Origin: Hahella sp. HNIBRBA332
Lineage (GTDB): Bacteria > Pseudomonadota > Gammaproteobacteria > Pseudomonadales > Oleiphilaceae
Assembly: GCF_030719035.1 (NCBI RefSeq)
Contig: NZ_CP132203.1
Location: 1,454,579 to 1,494,578, forward strand
Direction of reading: 5' to 3'
DNA length: 40,000 nt
Part shown: positions 7,350 through 17,087 of the stretch, piece by piece
Layout: every line of letters begins with the position of its first letter
Numbering within the stretch: position 1 is the stretch's first letter
Notes under the pieces: generated by a model
Seen by the model: the letters and a program-made list of their open reading frames with translations, nothing else
What the model was told of the DNA's origin: nothing
The model's database searches: none
Program-made: the position numbers and the translations under genes

Positions 7350-7774
7350 TGCCCAAGGCATCGCTAAGGCCCTGCAAAGATAAGGGCTGTCCCAATACGA
7401 CCCGGCACAAATCCCGATACTGTGAGAACCACGCAGACAAACGGGAGGCGACACGCTGGGGAGTCTGGCAACAACTGAAGGGCAGCGACACCCAACGCGG
7501 TTATGGTTGGCAATGGCGCAAGATTAGAGCGCGGATATTGCGGCGGGATAACTACCTGTGTCAGGTGTGTTTAAAGGCGGGGCGAACAAGTGCGGCCACA
7601 GAGGTGGATCACATCAAGCCCAAGGCGAAAGGAGGAGGTGACCGGGAGGAAAATTTGCAGGGAATTTGTAGGGCTTGTCATCTCTTGAAATCTGTAAGCC
7701 AGATCTTGATAGCCGTTATTTCTCAAACTGTAAGCCTGACCACATGGAAATCGATGAGGGTAAAGCGAGCCTAA
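7349..7774 (+). CDS. phage HNH endonuclease with a replaced 3' end
   Basis: EVDHIKPKAKGG...NLQGICRACH is the HNH core. After codon His at 7679-7681 the sequence turns AT-rich and the tail (LLKSVSQILIAV...) is not HNH-like. The expected tail is found at 9376-9408. Confidence 0.75.
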   Translation: MPKASLRPCKDKGCPNTTRHKSRYCENHADKREATRWGVWQQLKGSDTQRGYGWQWRKIRARILRRDNYLCQVCLKAGRTSAATEVDHIKPKAKGGGDREENLQGICRACHLLKSVSQILIAVISQTVSLTTWKSMRVKRA

Positions 7775-7807
7775 AATCCGACTCTACGCATATTCCTCAG
7801 TATATAG

Positions 7808-7861
7808 GTAAGCAATAGGGCCGTAGGAGCACTGGTAAAGCCATGCTTTTTTGCGTTATTT
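7808..7861 (+). repeat. attC-like hairpin upstream of the ABC permease gene
   Basis: GTAAGCAA...TTGCGTTATTT. TAAGCAA (7809-7815) pairs with TTGC(G)TTA (7851-7858) leaving one bulged G. The 3' end resembles the ..GGCGTTATATTTT ends of attC sites in the array. Confidence 0.3.
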
Positions 7862-7873
7862 TAAAGTCCACGG

Positions 7874-8635
7874 ATGTTACAGGATGAGAAAAAATTGAAG
7901 AAATGGATAACGAATAACTACAGGCTAAGTCGTTTATTTATCCTCGAACAGGTGCGTGAGCCTCTTACACTATTCTGGACTCTAATAGCTCCGCCGTTGC
8001 TATTTGTGTTTCTTAACCTTGATCCTCTTGTCTCCGGCGCAGCTACCACCGGATGGTATGAAGAACAAGCCTCTTGGTATCTAAGTTATTTGGCTCTCTC
8101 GGTCTCCTTGTTTGGGTTCGCATTGTACTTTGTAGGGAGGCGTGAAAGTGGATTTATAAAGTCATTCATTCAGGGTAAGGAAGCCAAGGCCCTTTTTTTA
8201 TCAGCGCAAATCAGCGCGTCTCTTCTGCTTTCGTGCTTTTGTTTTATTGTTTTCATAGTGATAACAACAGTTGCTTTTGGGGTGAGTCCCTTAGATGCTC
8301 TGACAAGGTTTGCGATACCATTCCTGATTATTATGGTTACATTCGTGTGGAGCGCTCTATTTATCTCGGTACTCCCATTAACTTTTATGAATGCTAATTC
8401 TGGCATCTCAATTTTTTTTATGGCATTGCTGATGTTCAGTATCGCTGGCTTCAAGGCAAATATACCGGCGCTTTCTTATCTCAACCTTTTCAATCCTCTG
8501 TCAATTGCAACTCAATTTATGGCAAGTGGCGGCCTACACAGCGTAGAGTCAATAGGAACCATTGCACTTATGACTGCCTTAGGTGGAGTTGGCTTAGTCC
8601 GTATGAAAACAAGCCCAACATGGAGCCGACAATGA
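7874..8635 (+). CDS. ABC-2 type transporter permease
   Basis: 253 aa with about 6 hydrophobic helices in an ABC-2 exporter-like layout. Stop overlaps the ATPase start (ATGA). Confidence 0.7.
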   Translation: MLQDEKKLKKWITNNYRLSRLFILEQVREPLTLFWTLIAPPLLFVFLNLDPLVSGAATTGWYEEQASWYLSYLALSVSLFGFALYFVGRRESGFIKSFIQGKEAKALFLSAQISASLLLSCFCFIVFIVITTVAFGVSPLDALTRFAIPFLIIMVTFVWSALFISVLPLTFMNANSGISIFFMALLMFSIAGFKANIPALSYLNLFNPLSIATQFMASGGLHSVESIGTIALMTALGGVGLVRMKTSPTWSRQ

Positions 8636-9354
8636 CCTCCACTGTAATTAGCGGGAACAATCTCACGTTCAAGTATTCGAAAAAGAGTGTTTTCAATAAT
8701 ATTTCATTTTCTTTCGAGAGTGGTTATGTGATTGGCCTGCTGGGTGAAAATGGCGCAGGAAAGACCACCCTGTTTGATTTGGTAAGTAGAGAGCTTGTCC
8801 CAACTAGCGGTGAGCTGACTTTTAATGTCGAGGCAGAAGCTATCGCCTATTTGCCCCAGATTGTTACGCTGCCCCCTTCGTTGCGAATAAAAGAAGTCCT
8901 GGAGATGATATCTTGCTTCCAGAACCGCGATATGGATCAGTCTGCGTCTGACATGGCTCGGTTATGGCCTGATCATATGCAACAGCGTTACAACGAGATT
9001 AAGGACCATCGTGCTGGCGTCTGTAGCTACGGAGAGAAGCGGTGGTTTGTGACCGCAGCAATGCTAGCTATATGTCAAAAGTCGATCTTTATTCTTGATG
9101 AGCCGACTGCAGGTGTAGATGTTCAATACCGCTATCTCATCTGGCAGCTCATTAAGGAGATGAAAAGAAGAGGATGCTCGATAATCGTTTCCTCGCACAT
9201 ACTGGACGAAATTGGCGCAAACACGGATTATTTTTATTTTCTCCAAAAGACGGGCATTCATAAGTTTAATGGCATGAAGGACTTCTTGGAGCGATTCAAC
9301 GCAAGTACTCCCGATGAAGCTTTCATAAAGGCGACTGTGCTTGAGGCAGGCTGA
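8632..9354 (+). CDS. ABC transporter ATP-binding protein
   Basis: Walker A GENGAGKTT, Q-loop YLPQ, degenerate signature SYGEKRW, Walker B FILDEPTAGVD, H-loop SSHIL. Start set at the ATG overlapping the permease stop (track start 8620 is also possible). Confidence 0.85.
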   Translation: MTSTVISGNNLTFKYSKKSVFNNISFSFESGYVIGLLGENGAGKTTLFDLVSRELVPTSGELTFNVEAEAIAYLPQIVTLPPSLRIKEVLEMISCFQNRDMDQSASDMARLWPDHMQQRYNEIKDHRAGVCSYGEKRWFVTAAMLAICQKSIFILDEPTAGVDVQYRYLIWQLIKEMKRRGCSIIVSSHILDEIGANTDYFYFLQKTGIHKFNGMKDFLERFNASTPDEAFIKATVLEAG

Positions 9355-9366
9355 TCGCTTGGTCAA

Positions 9367-9408
9367 GCTTTCCATCGAGACAAGACGTTGCTGGATGGCT
9401 CCAGATAA
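9367..9408 (+). pseudogene. displaced 3' end of the HNH gene
   Basis: Reads AFHRDKTLLDGSR-stop. Joining 7681 to 9376 gives ...CRACHRDKTLLDGSR-stop, a canonical CHxxKT HNH ending. The GC-rich phage composition resumes here. Confidence 0.55.
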
Positions 9409-9608
9409 CTGGCGTGTCAGTCTTAGGGGTAGTACCGAACGCACCATAGGGCACGCCACAGTGGCTAGGGTGTGGCAGATCAAAAAATGATCAAATATCG
9501 AAAATTGGAAGGGGCGGGGCGGGTCAAATTTCTGATATCTGAGCCACCAACACCGCACCCCTAAGTCTTTTTTTATACCCGCGAAATTAAAAATTTCAGG
9601 TTAACGCA

Positions 9609-10085
9609 ATGAGTGGAACCGCAACCAGAGCTGGAAGGGGGCGGAAGCCCAAGCCCGTTGCGCAAAAGCTCCTGGCCGGCAACCCCGGAAAGCGTCAACT
9701 TAACACCCACGAACCCCAGTTTTCCCAGATCACTAACATCGACTGCCCGGACTGGCTGGGCGATGACGCACGCCGCATGTGGGAGCTGATCGCCCCGGAG
9801 CTATGCGCGCAAAAGATCATCGCCATTACAGACGTGCATAACCTGGAAGCCTTCTGCGCCGCCTATGGTCGCTGGCGTCAGGCGGAAAGAGAACTGGCGC
9901 AATATGGCATCACTATTACGGACGCAAACGGCGGCCTGAAGAAAAACCCGGCGGCCACCGTCGCCAATGAATCCTTAAAACAACTGGCGACCTTCGGGGC
10001 GCTCCTGGGCCTGGACCCATCCAGTCGCCAACGTCTGACCGGCGGCGGCAACCACGACACGTCAAACCCCTTCGATAAATTCTGA
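9609..10085 (+). CDS. terS: phage terminase small subunit, P27 family
   Basis: 158 aa. [24 protein letters not shown]-terminus and ..[10 protein letters not shown].. are typical of P27-family TerS. Located between HNH and terL. Confidence 0.85.
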   Translation: MSGTATRAGRGRKPKPVAQKLLAGNPGKRQLNTHEPQFSQITNIDCPDWLGDDARRMWELIAPELCAQKIIAITDVHNLEAFCAAYGRWRQAERELAQYGITITDANGGLKKNPAATVANESLKQLATFGALLGLDPSSRQRLTGGGNHDTSNPFDKF

Positions 10086-10099
10086 TTTTCGGTTATTCC

Positions 10100-11818
10100 A
10101 TGGCTGCTAAATATCCTCATGTCGAGGCGGCGACGCGGTACGCCCGCGCCGTGCTGGACGGGTCTATCCCTGCGTATCGGTACACGCGCTTGGCGTGCCA
10201 GCGTTACCTGGACGATCTCGCCCAGGAGAGCGACCCGGACTATCCGTATTACTTCGACAAGGCGGAGGCCGAGCGAGTGTGCGAGTTCGTCGAACTACTA
10301 CCGCACACCAAAGGCGAGTGGGCGTTCAAGCGTCAGCTTATCAAGCTGGAGCCCTGGCAGGTGTTCGGCTTCGTCAACATCTTCGGATGGAAGAGCAAGG
10401 CCGACGACCTGCGCCGCTTCCGCGAAGTCTATTGGTGCGTCCCGCGTAAGAACGGCAAGTCGATCATCGCCGCCGGCGTGGGGCTGTATATGTTCGCCTG
10501 CGATAACGAGTTTGGCGCCGAGGTCTACAGCGGCGCCACCAACGAGCGCCAAGCCTGGGAGGTATTCAGACCGGCCAAGCTGATGGTCTCCCGCACGCCT
10601 CTACTTCAGAAAGCAAAAGGGATCGCGGTCAATGCAAAGAACTTAAATCGCCCGGCGGATGAAGCGCGCTTTGAGCCGGTCATCGGTAAGCCCGGCGATG
10701 GCGCGAGTCCGTCCTGTGCGCTGATCGATGAGTACCACGAACACGACGCCCCCGACTTATACGAGACCATGGTGACGGGGCAGGGCGCACGCCGGCAGCC
10801 GCTGACGTTTATTATCACCACCGCCGGTAACAACATCGAAGGCCCTTGCTACGACAAGCAGACCGAGGCGCAAGAGATGCTGGACGGCGTCGCACCGAAT
10901 GACGAGCTGTTCGCGCTGATGTATGGCGTGGATGATCCGGAGCGCTGGGCGGACCCGGACGTATTGGCGATGGCCAATCCGAATCTGGGCGTCAGTGTGT
11001 ACAAAAAATACCTGGAGAGCCAGCAACAGAAGGCGATTCGCAGCGCCCGCTTTCAGAACATATTCAAAATTAAACACCTGAATATATGGGTTACCGCCCG
11101 CAGCGCCTTTTTCAATATGGAACAGTGGGGCAAATGCTTTGACCCCAGCATGAGCGTGGAAGACTTCGAAGGCCAAGAGTGTATCGGCGGCCTCGACTTG
11201 GCCGGCAAACTCGACCTTAACGCTTTCATCAAGCTGTTCTACCGCGACCTGATGGACGAGGACGGAAGAACCCGCCGGCATTACTACTGCCTCTCGCCCG
11301 TGTTCTGGGCGCCCGAGGATACGGTTAACAACCCGGACAACCGCAAGCTATCCAGTCGCTATCAGAAGTGGGTCAACCTGGGGGCGCTCACCGCCACCGA
11401 TGGCGCGGAAGTGGACTATCTGGAAGTGTTGGCGGAAGTCACCGACACCAACCAACGCCATCCTATTGCGGAGATCGGCATCGATCCACACGGCGCGCTG
11501 AACCTGTCGCACCGCCTGGACGACGAGAACCTGAACCCGGTGCAGATCACGCAGAACTATTCCGGTATGTCCGCCGGCATGAAAGAGCTTGAAGCGGCCA
11601 TCGCGGCCGGGCGTTTTCATCATGACGGCCATCCGATTTTAACCTGGTGTATGGGCAACGTAGTCGGACGCTACATGGGCGGCGCCGATGACGACATCGT
11701 TCGCCCAACCAAGGAACACAAAGACAAAAAAATCGACGGCGCGGTTGCGCTCATCATGGCCGTGGGCCGCGCTATGTTGGCGGCGGAAACCACCGGCCCC
11801 AGCATAAGGTTTGCCTGA
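10100..11818 (+). CDS. terL: phage terminase large subunit
   Basis: 572 aa. Walker A-like [14 protein letters not shown] (Walker B), and a C-terminal nuclease region with DGAVALIMA. Synteny. Confidence 0.9.
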   Translation: MAAKYPHVEAATRYARAVLDGSIPAYRYTRLACQRYLDDLAQESDPDYPYYFDKAEAERVCEFVELLPHTKGEWAFKRQLIKLEPWQVFGFVNIFGWKSKADDLRRFREVYWCVPRKNGKSIIAAGVGLYMFACDNEFGAEVYSGATNERQAWEVFRPAKLMVSRTPLLQKAKGIAVNAKNLNRPADEARFEPVIGKPGDGASPSCALIDEYHEHDAPDLYETMVTGQGARRQPLTFIITTAGNNIEGPCYDKQTEAQEMLDGVAPNDELFALMYGVDDPERWADPDVLAMANPNLGVSVYKKYLESQQQKAIRSARFQNIFKIKHLNIWVTARSAFFNMEQWGKCFDPSMSVEDFEGQECIGGLDLAGKLDLNAFIKLFYRDLMDEDGRTRRHYYCLSPVFWAPEDTVNNPDNRKLSSRYQKWVNLGALTATDGAEVDYLEVLAEVTDTNQRHPIAEIGIDPHGALNLSHRLDDENLNPVQITQNYSGMSAGMKELEAAIAAGRFHHDGHPILTWCMGNVVGRYMGGADDDIVRPTKEHKDKKIDGAVALIMAVGRAMLAAETTGPSIRFA

Positions 11819-13023
11819 TGTTCTCCATTTTCAAACGTAAGAACGCCGCCGTCATCGACAGCTCGGCCAAGCTCGCGGAGTTGCTGGGCGCATGGTATGA
11901 CGCCGACGCCGGCGTACAGATCACTCCTGGCAACGCTCCAGAGATCAGCGCCGTGTTTTCCTGCATCAAAGTCCTAACCGAGTCTATCGGCATGCTGCCG
12001 CTGAACCTCTTCAAAGAGCTGCCCGGCGGCGGTTCGGAAAAGGCGTCTAACCACCCGCTGCAGGCGCTGTTAAAGCACGGACCGAACGACTATCTGACCG
12101 ATCAGGAATTTAAAGAACTGATCGTCGCGCACCTGTGCTTACGCGGTAACCATTACAGCTACATCAACCGCACGGCGTCGGGCCGGGTGCTGGAGTTGCT
12201 GCCGATGGCGCCGGATGCGGTGACGCCGAAACTTTCCAACGACTACGAACTGACCTATGACGTGCAGTTTAAAAGCGGCCCTGTGCGCACGCTGCCGGCG
12301 GAGGAGGTGTTGCATATCCGCTTATGGAGCCAGGACGGTTTAACAGGACTGAACCCGATTCAATACAACCGCCACTGCCTGGGGCTGGCCAAGGCGACGG
12401 AAAAGCACGGCTCCACGCTGTTCGCCCATGGCGCGAAACCCTCCGGCGTGCTCTCCACTGATCACGCGCTGACAGACAAGCAATACGAGCGGCTGAAACA
12501 GGAGATGGAGCTGCACCGCGGCGTCGCCAATCAGAACCGCGAGATGATCCTCGATGGCGGCTTGAAGTGGCTGCAGGTCTCCATGACGGCGGAAGACAGC
12601 CAGTTTTTAGAAACCCGCAAGTTTCAGCGCTCCGAGATCGCCGGCTTTTTCCGGGTGCCGCCGCACATGATCGGCGACCTGGAGCGGGCGACGTTTTCGA
12701 ATATCGAACATCAGGACTTGGCGTTTGTCCGGCACACACTGATTCCGTATTGCACACGCATCGAGAAGCGTATCAACAAGGCGCTGCTTACCGATAAAGA
12801 GCGCGCCAATTATTTCTCCAAGTTTGTAGTGAATGCCCTTATGCGCGGAGACATGAAGACCCGCAGCGAGTACTACACCGCCATGATTCAAAACGGCGTC
12901 ATGAGTCCGAACGAGGTCCGCATCCTGGAGGACATGAACCCCAGGGAAGGCGGCGATACCTATCTGACGCCGCTCAATATGGCGGTTAACGGCCAGCCTG
13001 CCGACGAGACGGAAACGAATTAA
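11818..13023 (+). CDS. phage portal protein, HK97 family
   Basis: 401 aa. Position after terL, and HK97-portal-like conserved stretches (EIAGFFRVPPHMIGD). Confidence 0.9.
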   Translation: MFSIFKRKNAAVIDSSAKLAELLGAWYDADAGVQITPGNAPEISAVFSCIKVLTESIGMLPLNLFKELPGGGSEKASNHPLQALLKHGPNDYLTDQEFKELIVAHLCLRGNHYSYINRTASGRVLELLPMAPDAVTPKLSNDYELTYDVQFKSGPVRTLPAEEVLHIRLWSQDGLTGLNPIQYNRHCLGLAKATEKHGSTLFAHGAKPSGVLSTDHALTDKQYERLKQEMELHRGVANQNREMILDGGLKWLQVSMTAEDSQFLETRKFQRSEIAGFFRVPPHMIGDLERATFSNIEHQDLAFVRHTLIPYCTRIEKRINKALLTDKERANYFSKFVVNALMRGDMKTRSEYYTAMIQNGVMSPNEVRILEDMNPREGGDTYLTPLNMAVNGQPADETETN

Positions 13024-13042
13024 GCAGCCATACGAGGCACGC

Positions 13043-13600
13043 ATGCACACCAAGCAAAAACTGGATATCCCATTAAAGATCAAGTCCCTGTCCGACACCG
13101 GTGAGTTCGAGGGGTACGGCTCCGTATTCGGGGTTAAAGACTCGTACAGCGACATTGTCGTCAAGGGCGCGTTTAACGCCTCTTTGGATCGCTGGAAACA
13201 ACAAGGCCGCCTGCCGGCGCTGTTATGGCAGCACCGCATGGACGAACCCATTGGCGTCTATACCGCCATGGAGGAAGACGAGCACGGCCTCAAGCTGTCC
13301 GGGCGTCTGCTGGTTGACGATGACCCGTTAGCCAGGCGCGCTTACGGGCACCTAAAAGCCGGCTCTATTTCCGGCCTCTCTATCGGGTATTCCGTCCCCA
13401 GTCATGGCGTGGAATACGACAGCGCCAAAGAGGCGTTCTTAATCAAAGAAATCGACTTGTGGGAAGTGTCCCTGGTGACCTTTCCCGCCAATGACGAGGC
13501 GCGCATTGCGCAAGTCAAACACCGCCAACGAAACGCCGAGCACGCACAAGCCCTGGCCGCTATTTCATCCCTAAAACATATATTCACCACAAGGAACTAA
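13043..13600 (+). CDS. prohead protease, HK97 family
   Basis: 185 aa. GEFEGYGSVFGVKDSYSDIVVKGAF and SIGY...EVSLVTFPAN motifs. Synteny. Confidence 0.85.
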   Translation: MHTKQKLDIPLKIKSLSDTGEFEGYGSVFGVKDSYSDIVVKGAFNASLDRWKQQGRLPALLWQHRMDEPIGVYTAMEEDEHGLKLSGRLLVDDDPLARRAYGHLKAGSISGLSIGYSVPSHGVEYDSAKEAFLIKEIDLWEVSLVTFPANDEARIAQVKHRQRNAEHAQALAAISSLKHIFTTRN

Positions 13601-13605
13601 CCCTG

Positions 13606-14799
13606 ATGCCAGTCGAATTAAAAGACATCCAAGACGTAGCGGAAGAACTGTCTAGCCGCTTCACGGAATTTAAATCAGCCAATGACTCCTCTATGGAGGC
13701 CACCCGCGCAGAGGTAATCAAGCTCACCGAAAAAACCGACAAGCTCAACGCCCAGCTTAGCGAACTGGAGGCCCTGAAAAAGGAGCTGGACGGCCTTTAT
13801 AAAAAGCAGAACCGCCCCGGAACGGTGGAAGGGGATGCGGAATACCGCAAACACTTTATCGACCAGTGGATGCGCAAGAACAACGCCGCCGGCATTGAAG
13901 CCAAGGCCGTCAACCTGGGCGCGAATCAGGACGGCGGCTTTGGCGTGCCGGAAGAGCTGGACCGTCAGATTTTGGAATTAGAGCGCGAGCTGTCTCCCAT
14001 GCGGGCGCTGTGCCGAAATATCCAGGTGTCCACGGATGGCTACAAGCGTCTCGTTAATCTGGGCGGCGCCGGTTCCGGCTGGGTGGGCGAGACCGACGCC
14101 CGCCCGGAAACCAACACACCCAAGCTGGCGCAGATTGAAGCCTTCATGGGGGAGATCTACGCCAACCCGGCCACGACCCAAAAGGCGCTGGACGATGTGT
14201 ATTTCAACGTCGAGCAGTGGATCGCCGACGAGGTGGCGCAAGAGTTCGTCGACCGTGAAGCCGACGCCTTTCTAAATGGCGATGGCGTGGGCAAACCGAA
14301 AGGCATCCTGGCTTACGCCATGGACACCGCCCCGGACGCCTCCCGCGAGTTCGGCAAGCTGCAACGAGTGATCAGCGGCAAGGCGGGCGACTTCACCGCG
14401 GATAACCTGCTAAGCGTGATCTACCGTCTCAAGAAAGCGTTTCGCCGCAACGCCAGCTGGATGATGACCGGAACCACGGTGGAGAAGGTGCGCAAGTTCA
14501 AGGACGCGGACGGTAACTACATGTGGCGTCCCGGCATCGAGGCGGGTCAGCCTTCGTTGCTGTTGGGCTACGGCATCGAGGAAAACGAGGACATGCCGGA
14601 AGTGGCGGCGGATGCTAACGCCATCTTGTTCGGCGACTTCATGCGCGGGTATTCGATTGTGGACCGCATCGGCGCACGCATGCTGCGCGATCCCTACACG
14701 CACAAACCCTTCGTTCACTTCTACACCACCAAGCGGGTGGGCGGCATGCTAGTAGACTCCAACGCAATCAAGGTGCTGACATTGAGTAAGGGGGCGTAA
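13606..14799 (+). CDS. major capsid protein, HK97 family
   Basis: 397 aa. N-terminal coiled delta-domain, then an HK97-fold-like region. Follows the protease. Confidence 0.9.
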   Translation: MPVELKDIQDVAEELSSRFTEFKSANDSSMEATRAEVIKLTEKTDKLNAQLSELEALKKELDGLYKKQNRPGTVEGDAEYRKHFIDQWMRKNNAAGIEAKAVNLGANQDGGFGVPEELDRQILELERELSPMRALCRNIQVSTDGYKRLVNLGGAGSGWVGETDARPETNTPKLAQIEAFMGEIYANPATTQKALDDVYFNVEQWIADEVAQEFVDREADAFLNGDGVGKPKGILAYAMDTAPDASREFGKLQRVISGKAGDFTADNLLSVIYRLKKAFRRNASWMMTGTTVEKVRKFKDADGNYMWRPGIEAGQPSLLLGYGIEENEDMPEVAADANAILFGDFMRGYSIVDRIGARMLRDPYTHKPFVHFYTTKRVGGMLVDSNAIKVLTLSKGA

Positions 14800-15086
14800 T
14801 GGCCCCCATCACCTTAGAGGAAGCCAAGCAGCATCTACGGGTTGAACACGAGGAAGAAGACGCCTACATCGAAACCCTGATCGCCGTAGCGCGCAATCTG
14901 GCGGAGGAATATTCCGGGCTTTCCCTGGAGGAGGGCGAGAGCATTCCCGAGCTGGCCAAACACGCCATAAAAATGATCATCGCTACCCTGTACGAACAAC
15001 GGGAGGACCAGACGGCGGCGACGGTCTCACAGGTGCCGCTGTGCTCCAAAGCGCTGCTGGACCTGCTGCGGATTCGGCGGCTATGA
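14799..15086 (+). CDS. head-tail connector / DNA-packaging (gp6-like) protein
   Basis: 95 aa. ITLEEAKQHLRV..ED..I..LI.AAR motif typical of this family. Synteny. Confidence 0.7.
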   Translation: MAPITLEEAKQHLRVEHEEEDAYIETLIAVARNLAEEYSGLSLEEGESIPELAKHAIKMIIATLYEQREDQTAATVSQVPLCSKALLDLLRIRRL

Positions 15087-15421
15087 GAGCGGGACGGTTA
15101 CGGCGGAGGGTGACGATTCAGGTTAATGACACGACTCAGGATGAATACGGCGAAACCGTGCAAGGCTGGCGAGATGTCGCTACGCGTTGGGCGGGCGTGG
15201 AGCCGCTGTCCGGTCGGGAGTTCCTGGCCGCCAGCGGCCCCCGCGCCGAGCTGACCACCCGCATTGTGCTGCGCTGGGAACCGGCGCTGGCTGGGCTCAC
15301 GTCCCAGGATCACCGGGCGATCTATCAGGGGCGCGTCTACGACATCCATTCCGCTATCAACACCCGCGAGGAAAACAAAGAGTGGGTGCTGATGTGCGCG
15401 GATACAGGGGGCTCATCATGA
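15083..15421 (+). CDS. head-tail adaptor (head closure) protein
   Basis: ATGA overlap with the upstream stop (track start 15041 trimmed). RVTIQ...DEYGE...W..V...WA.VEPLSGRE pattern of the SPP1 gp16/HK97 gp9-like family. Confidence 0.7.
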   Translation: MRAGRLRRRVTIQVNDTTQDEYGETVQGWRDVATRWAGVEPLSGREFLAASGPRAELTTRIVLRWEPALAGLTSQDHRAIYQGRVYDIHSAINTREENKEWVLMCADTGGSS

Positions 15422-15918
15422 GTAGCGGCGTTAAGATCAGCGGTTTGCGCGAGCTGCACCAAGCCTTACAGCAACTCGGCAAACAGGCGGCCAACAAGGC
15501 GGCGCGTGACGGGCTGGCCGAGGCGGCCAAAACGTTTAGGAAAGAGATCCGCCAAGGCGCGCCAGTTAAAAGCGGCCACCTGCGTAAGCACATCCGCTAC
15601 AAGCTTCGCAGGGATCGCAGTGGTCGCGGCTACACCGGTCGCGTGGGCGTGCATCCCAAAGCCTACTACGCCCGCTTTATTGAGTTTGGCGCGGCTCCGC
15701 ACGCCATCCCCAACCCGACTACCGGGCGCGGAAGAAACAAACGCAAAAACAAAAAGCGTCTGCGCATCGGTTCGCAGGTAGTGTCTGGCGTTAACCATCC
15801 CGGCATTGCCCCGCGTCCTTTCCTGCGCCCGGCTTTTCTGCGCGCCAAGGATGCGGCGGTCAAAGCCGCCGGCAAACGCATGTGGCATTCCATCATTCAA
15901 GCGAGGGCGCGCCGATGA
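15418..15918 (+). CDS. HK97 gp10-family tail-attachment protein
   Basis: ATGA overlap start (track start 15187 trimmed). ..PVKSGHLR.. and YYARFIEFG...PRPFLRPAF motifs. Confidence 0.7.
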   Translation: MSSGVKISGLRELHQALQQLGKQAANKAARDGLAEAAKTFRKEIRQGAPVKSGHLRKHIRYKLRRDRSGRGYTGRVGVHPKAYYARFIEFGAAPHAIPNPTTGRGRNKRKNKKRLRIGSQVVSGVNHPGIAPRPFLRPAFLRAKDAAVKAAGKRMWHSIIQARARR

Positions 15919-16289
15919 TTATCCCGCGATTGCTGAAGCGACTGCGTAAGGCGGATCAGGTTAGGGCGCTGATTCCGCCGTCGGCGATTCACGGACGCTT
16001 TCTACCGCCCCACGCAGCAACGCCGGCGCTATCTCTGCTGTATGTCGGCGACGATCCCGTCAACGACCTGGGGGGAGAGGATAACAGTCGCCGCGAACGG
16101 GCGCAGATCGACGCCTGGGCGCCGACGCTCAAGCAGGCGGACCAGTTAGCAAAGGCTGCGACGGCTGCATTGGCCCCACGCGGCCAAGACTTAATCGCCG
16201 TGCGCAACGGCAAAACTTACGAGTACGACGACGCGGCCCAGCTCCACCGGCTGATGCTGGATTATTCATTCACATTTTACGAGGACTGA
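15915..16289 (+). CDS. tail completion/terminator-like protein (DUF3168-like by position)
   Basis: ATGA overlap start (track start 15882 trimmed). 124 aa, located between gp10-like and tail tube genes. Confidence 0.45.
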   Translation: MIIPRLLKRLRKADQVRALIPPSAIHGRFLPPHAATPALSLLYVGDDPVNDLGGEDNSRRERAQIDAWAPTLKQADQLAKAATAALAPRGQDLIAVRNGKTYEYDDAAQLHRLMLDYSFTFYED

Positions 16290-16291
16290 CC

Positions 16292-16708
16292 ATGGCGAAA
16301 ATGCCCGCCGACGGAACCAAAATTGAAATCGACGGTACGACCGCTGGCGCGCCCGACATTGAGGTGACCGGAGTTAAATCCTTCTCTGGCTTTGACGGCG
16401 AACGTCCCGAAATCGACAACACGGACTTAAGCAGCGAGGCGTCCGAGTTCTTTCTCGGCAAGCGCGACTGGGGGAGCTTTAGCCTGGACTGGTTCATTAA
16501 CTATGGCGATCCCGGCCAGAACGAAGTCCGCGCCGCTGAGTTATCCGGGGCGCTGAAGACCGTCAAGATTACTTTTCCAGATTTAACCACCGCCACATTC
16601 AAGGCTTACGTCAAAAACGCAACCAGCCTTTCCGGCGGGATCAGCGGCATGCTGGAAGGCTCCGCCGCGCTACGCATCACCGGTAAACCTTCTTTCGCGA
16701 AACCCTAA
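16292..16708 (+). CDS. major tail (tube) protein
   Basis: 138 aa. Position immediately before the G/GT chaperone pair, and a beta-rich composition typical of small siphovirus tube proteins. Confidence 0.7.
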   Translation: MAKMPADGTKIEIDGTTAGAPDIEVTGVKSFSGFDGERPEIDNTDLSSEASEFFLGKRDWGSFSLDWFINYGDPGQNEVRAAELSGALKTVKITFPDLTTATFKAYVKNATSLSGGISGMLEGSAALRITGKPSFAKP

Positions 16709-16721
16709 ACGAGGAACCTTT

Positions 16722-17087
16722 ATGAGTTATTTAAACAAAGCCCAGATCCTGTCGGCGCAAGATATCGAATGCGTAGACGTAGACGTGCCGGAGTGGGGCG
16801 GGACCGTGCGAGTCGCCCTGATGAGCGGAGCCGCCCGCGATGATTACGAGGGCTCCCTGATTCGCTTGGCCGCGGATGGAACGGCGCAACGGGATCTGAC
16901 CAACATCCGCGCCAAGCTGGTGGCGGTCTGTCTGGTGGATGACAACGGCGAGCGCTTATTCAGCGAGAGCGACGTTAAAGCCCTGGGCGCGAAATCCTGC
17001 GCCGCCCTGGATCGCGTTTATCATGTCGCCGCCCGACTCAATCGCCTGACCCAAGGCGAAGTGGAGGACGCCGCAAAAAACTCCTAA
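16722..17087 (+). CDS. tail assembly chaperone G
   Basis: 121 aa. Precedes the tape measure gene and ends just after an A AAA AAC slippery heptamer. Confidence 0.75.
   Translation: MSYLNKAQILSAQDIECVDVDVPEWGGTVRVALMSGAARDDYEGSLIRLAADGTAQRDLTNIRAKLVAVCLVDDNGERLFSESDVKALGAKSCAALDRVYHVAARLNRLTQGEVEDAAKNS

Larger units (their letters stand above)
7683..9366 (+). other. AT-rich insertion (moron) inside the 3' end of the HNH gene
   Basis: Abrupt compositional switch at both ends. Bounded by the imperfect 10-bp direct repeat GCTTGTCATC (7673-7682) / GCTTTCCATC (9367-9376). Confidence 0.7.

Noticed and set aside
9064-9558. Minus-strand 164-aa ORF overlapping the ABC ATPase
   Set aside because: It is antisense to a gene with clear Walker motifs, and neither its composition nor any motif supports it.
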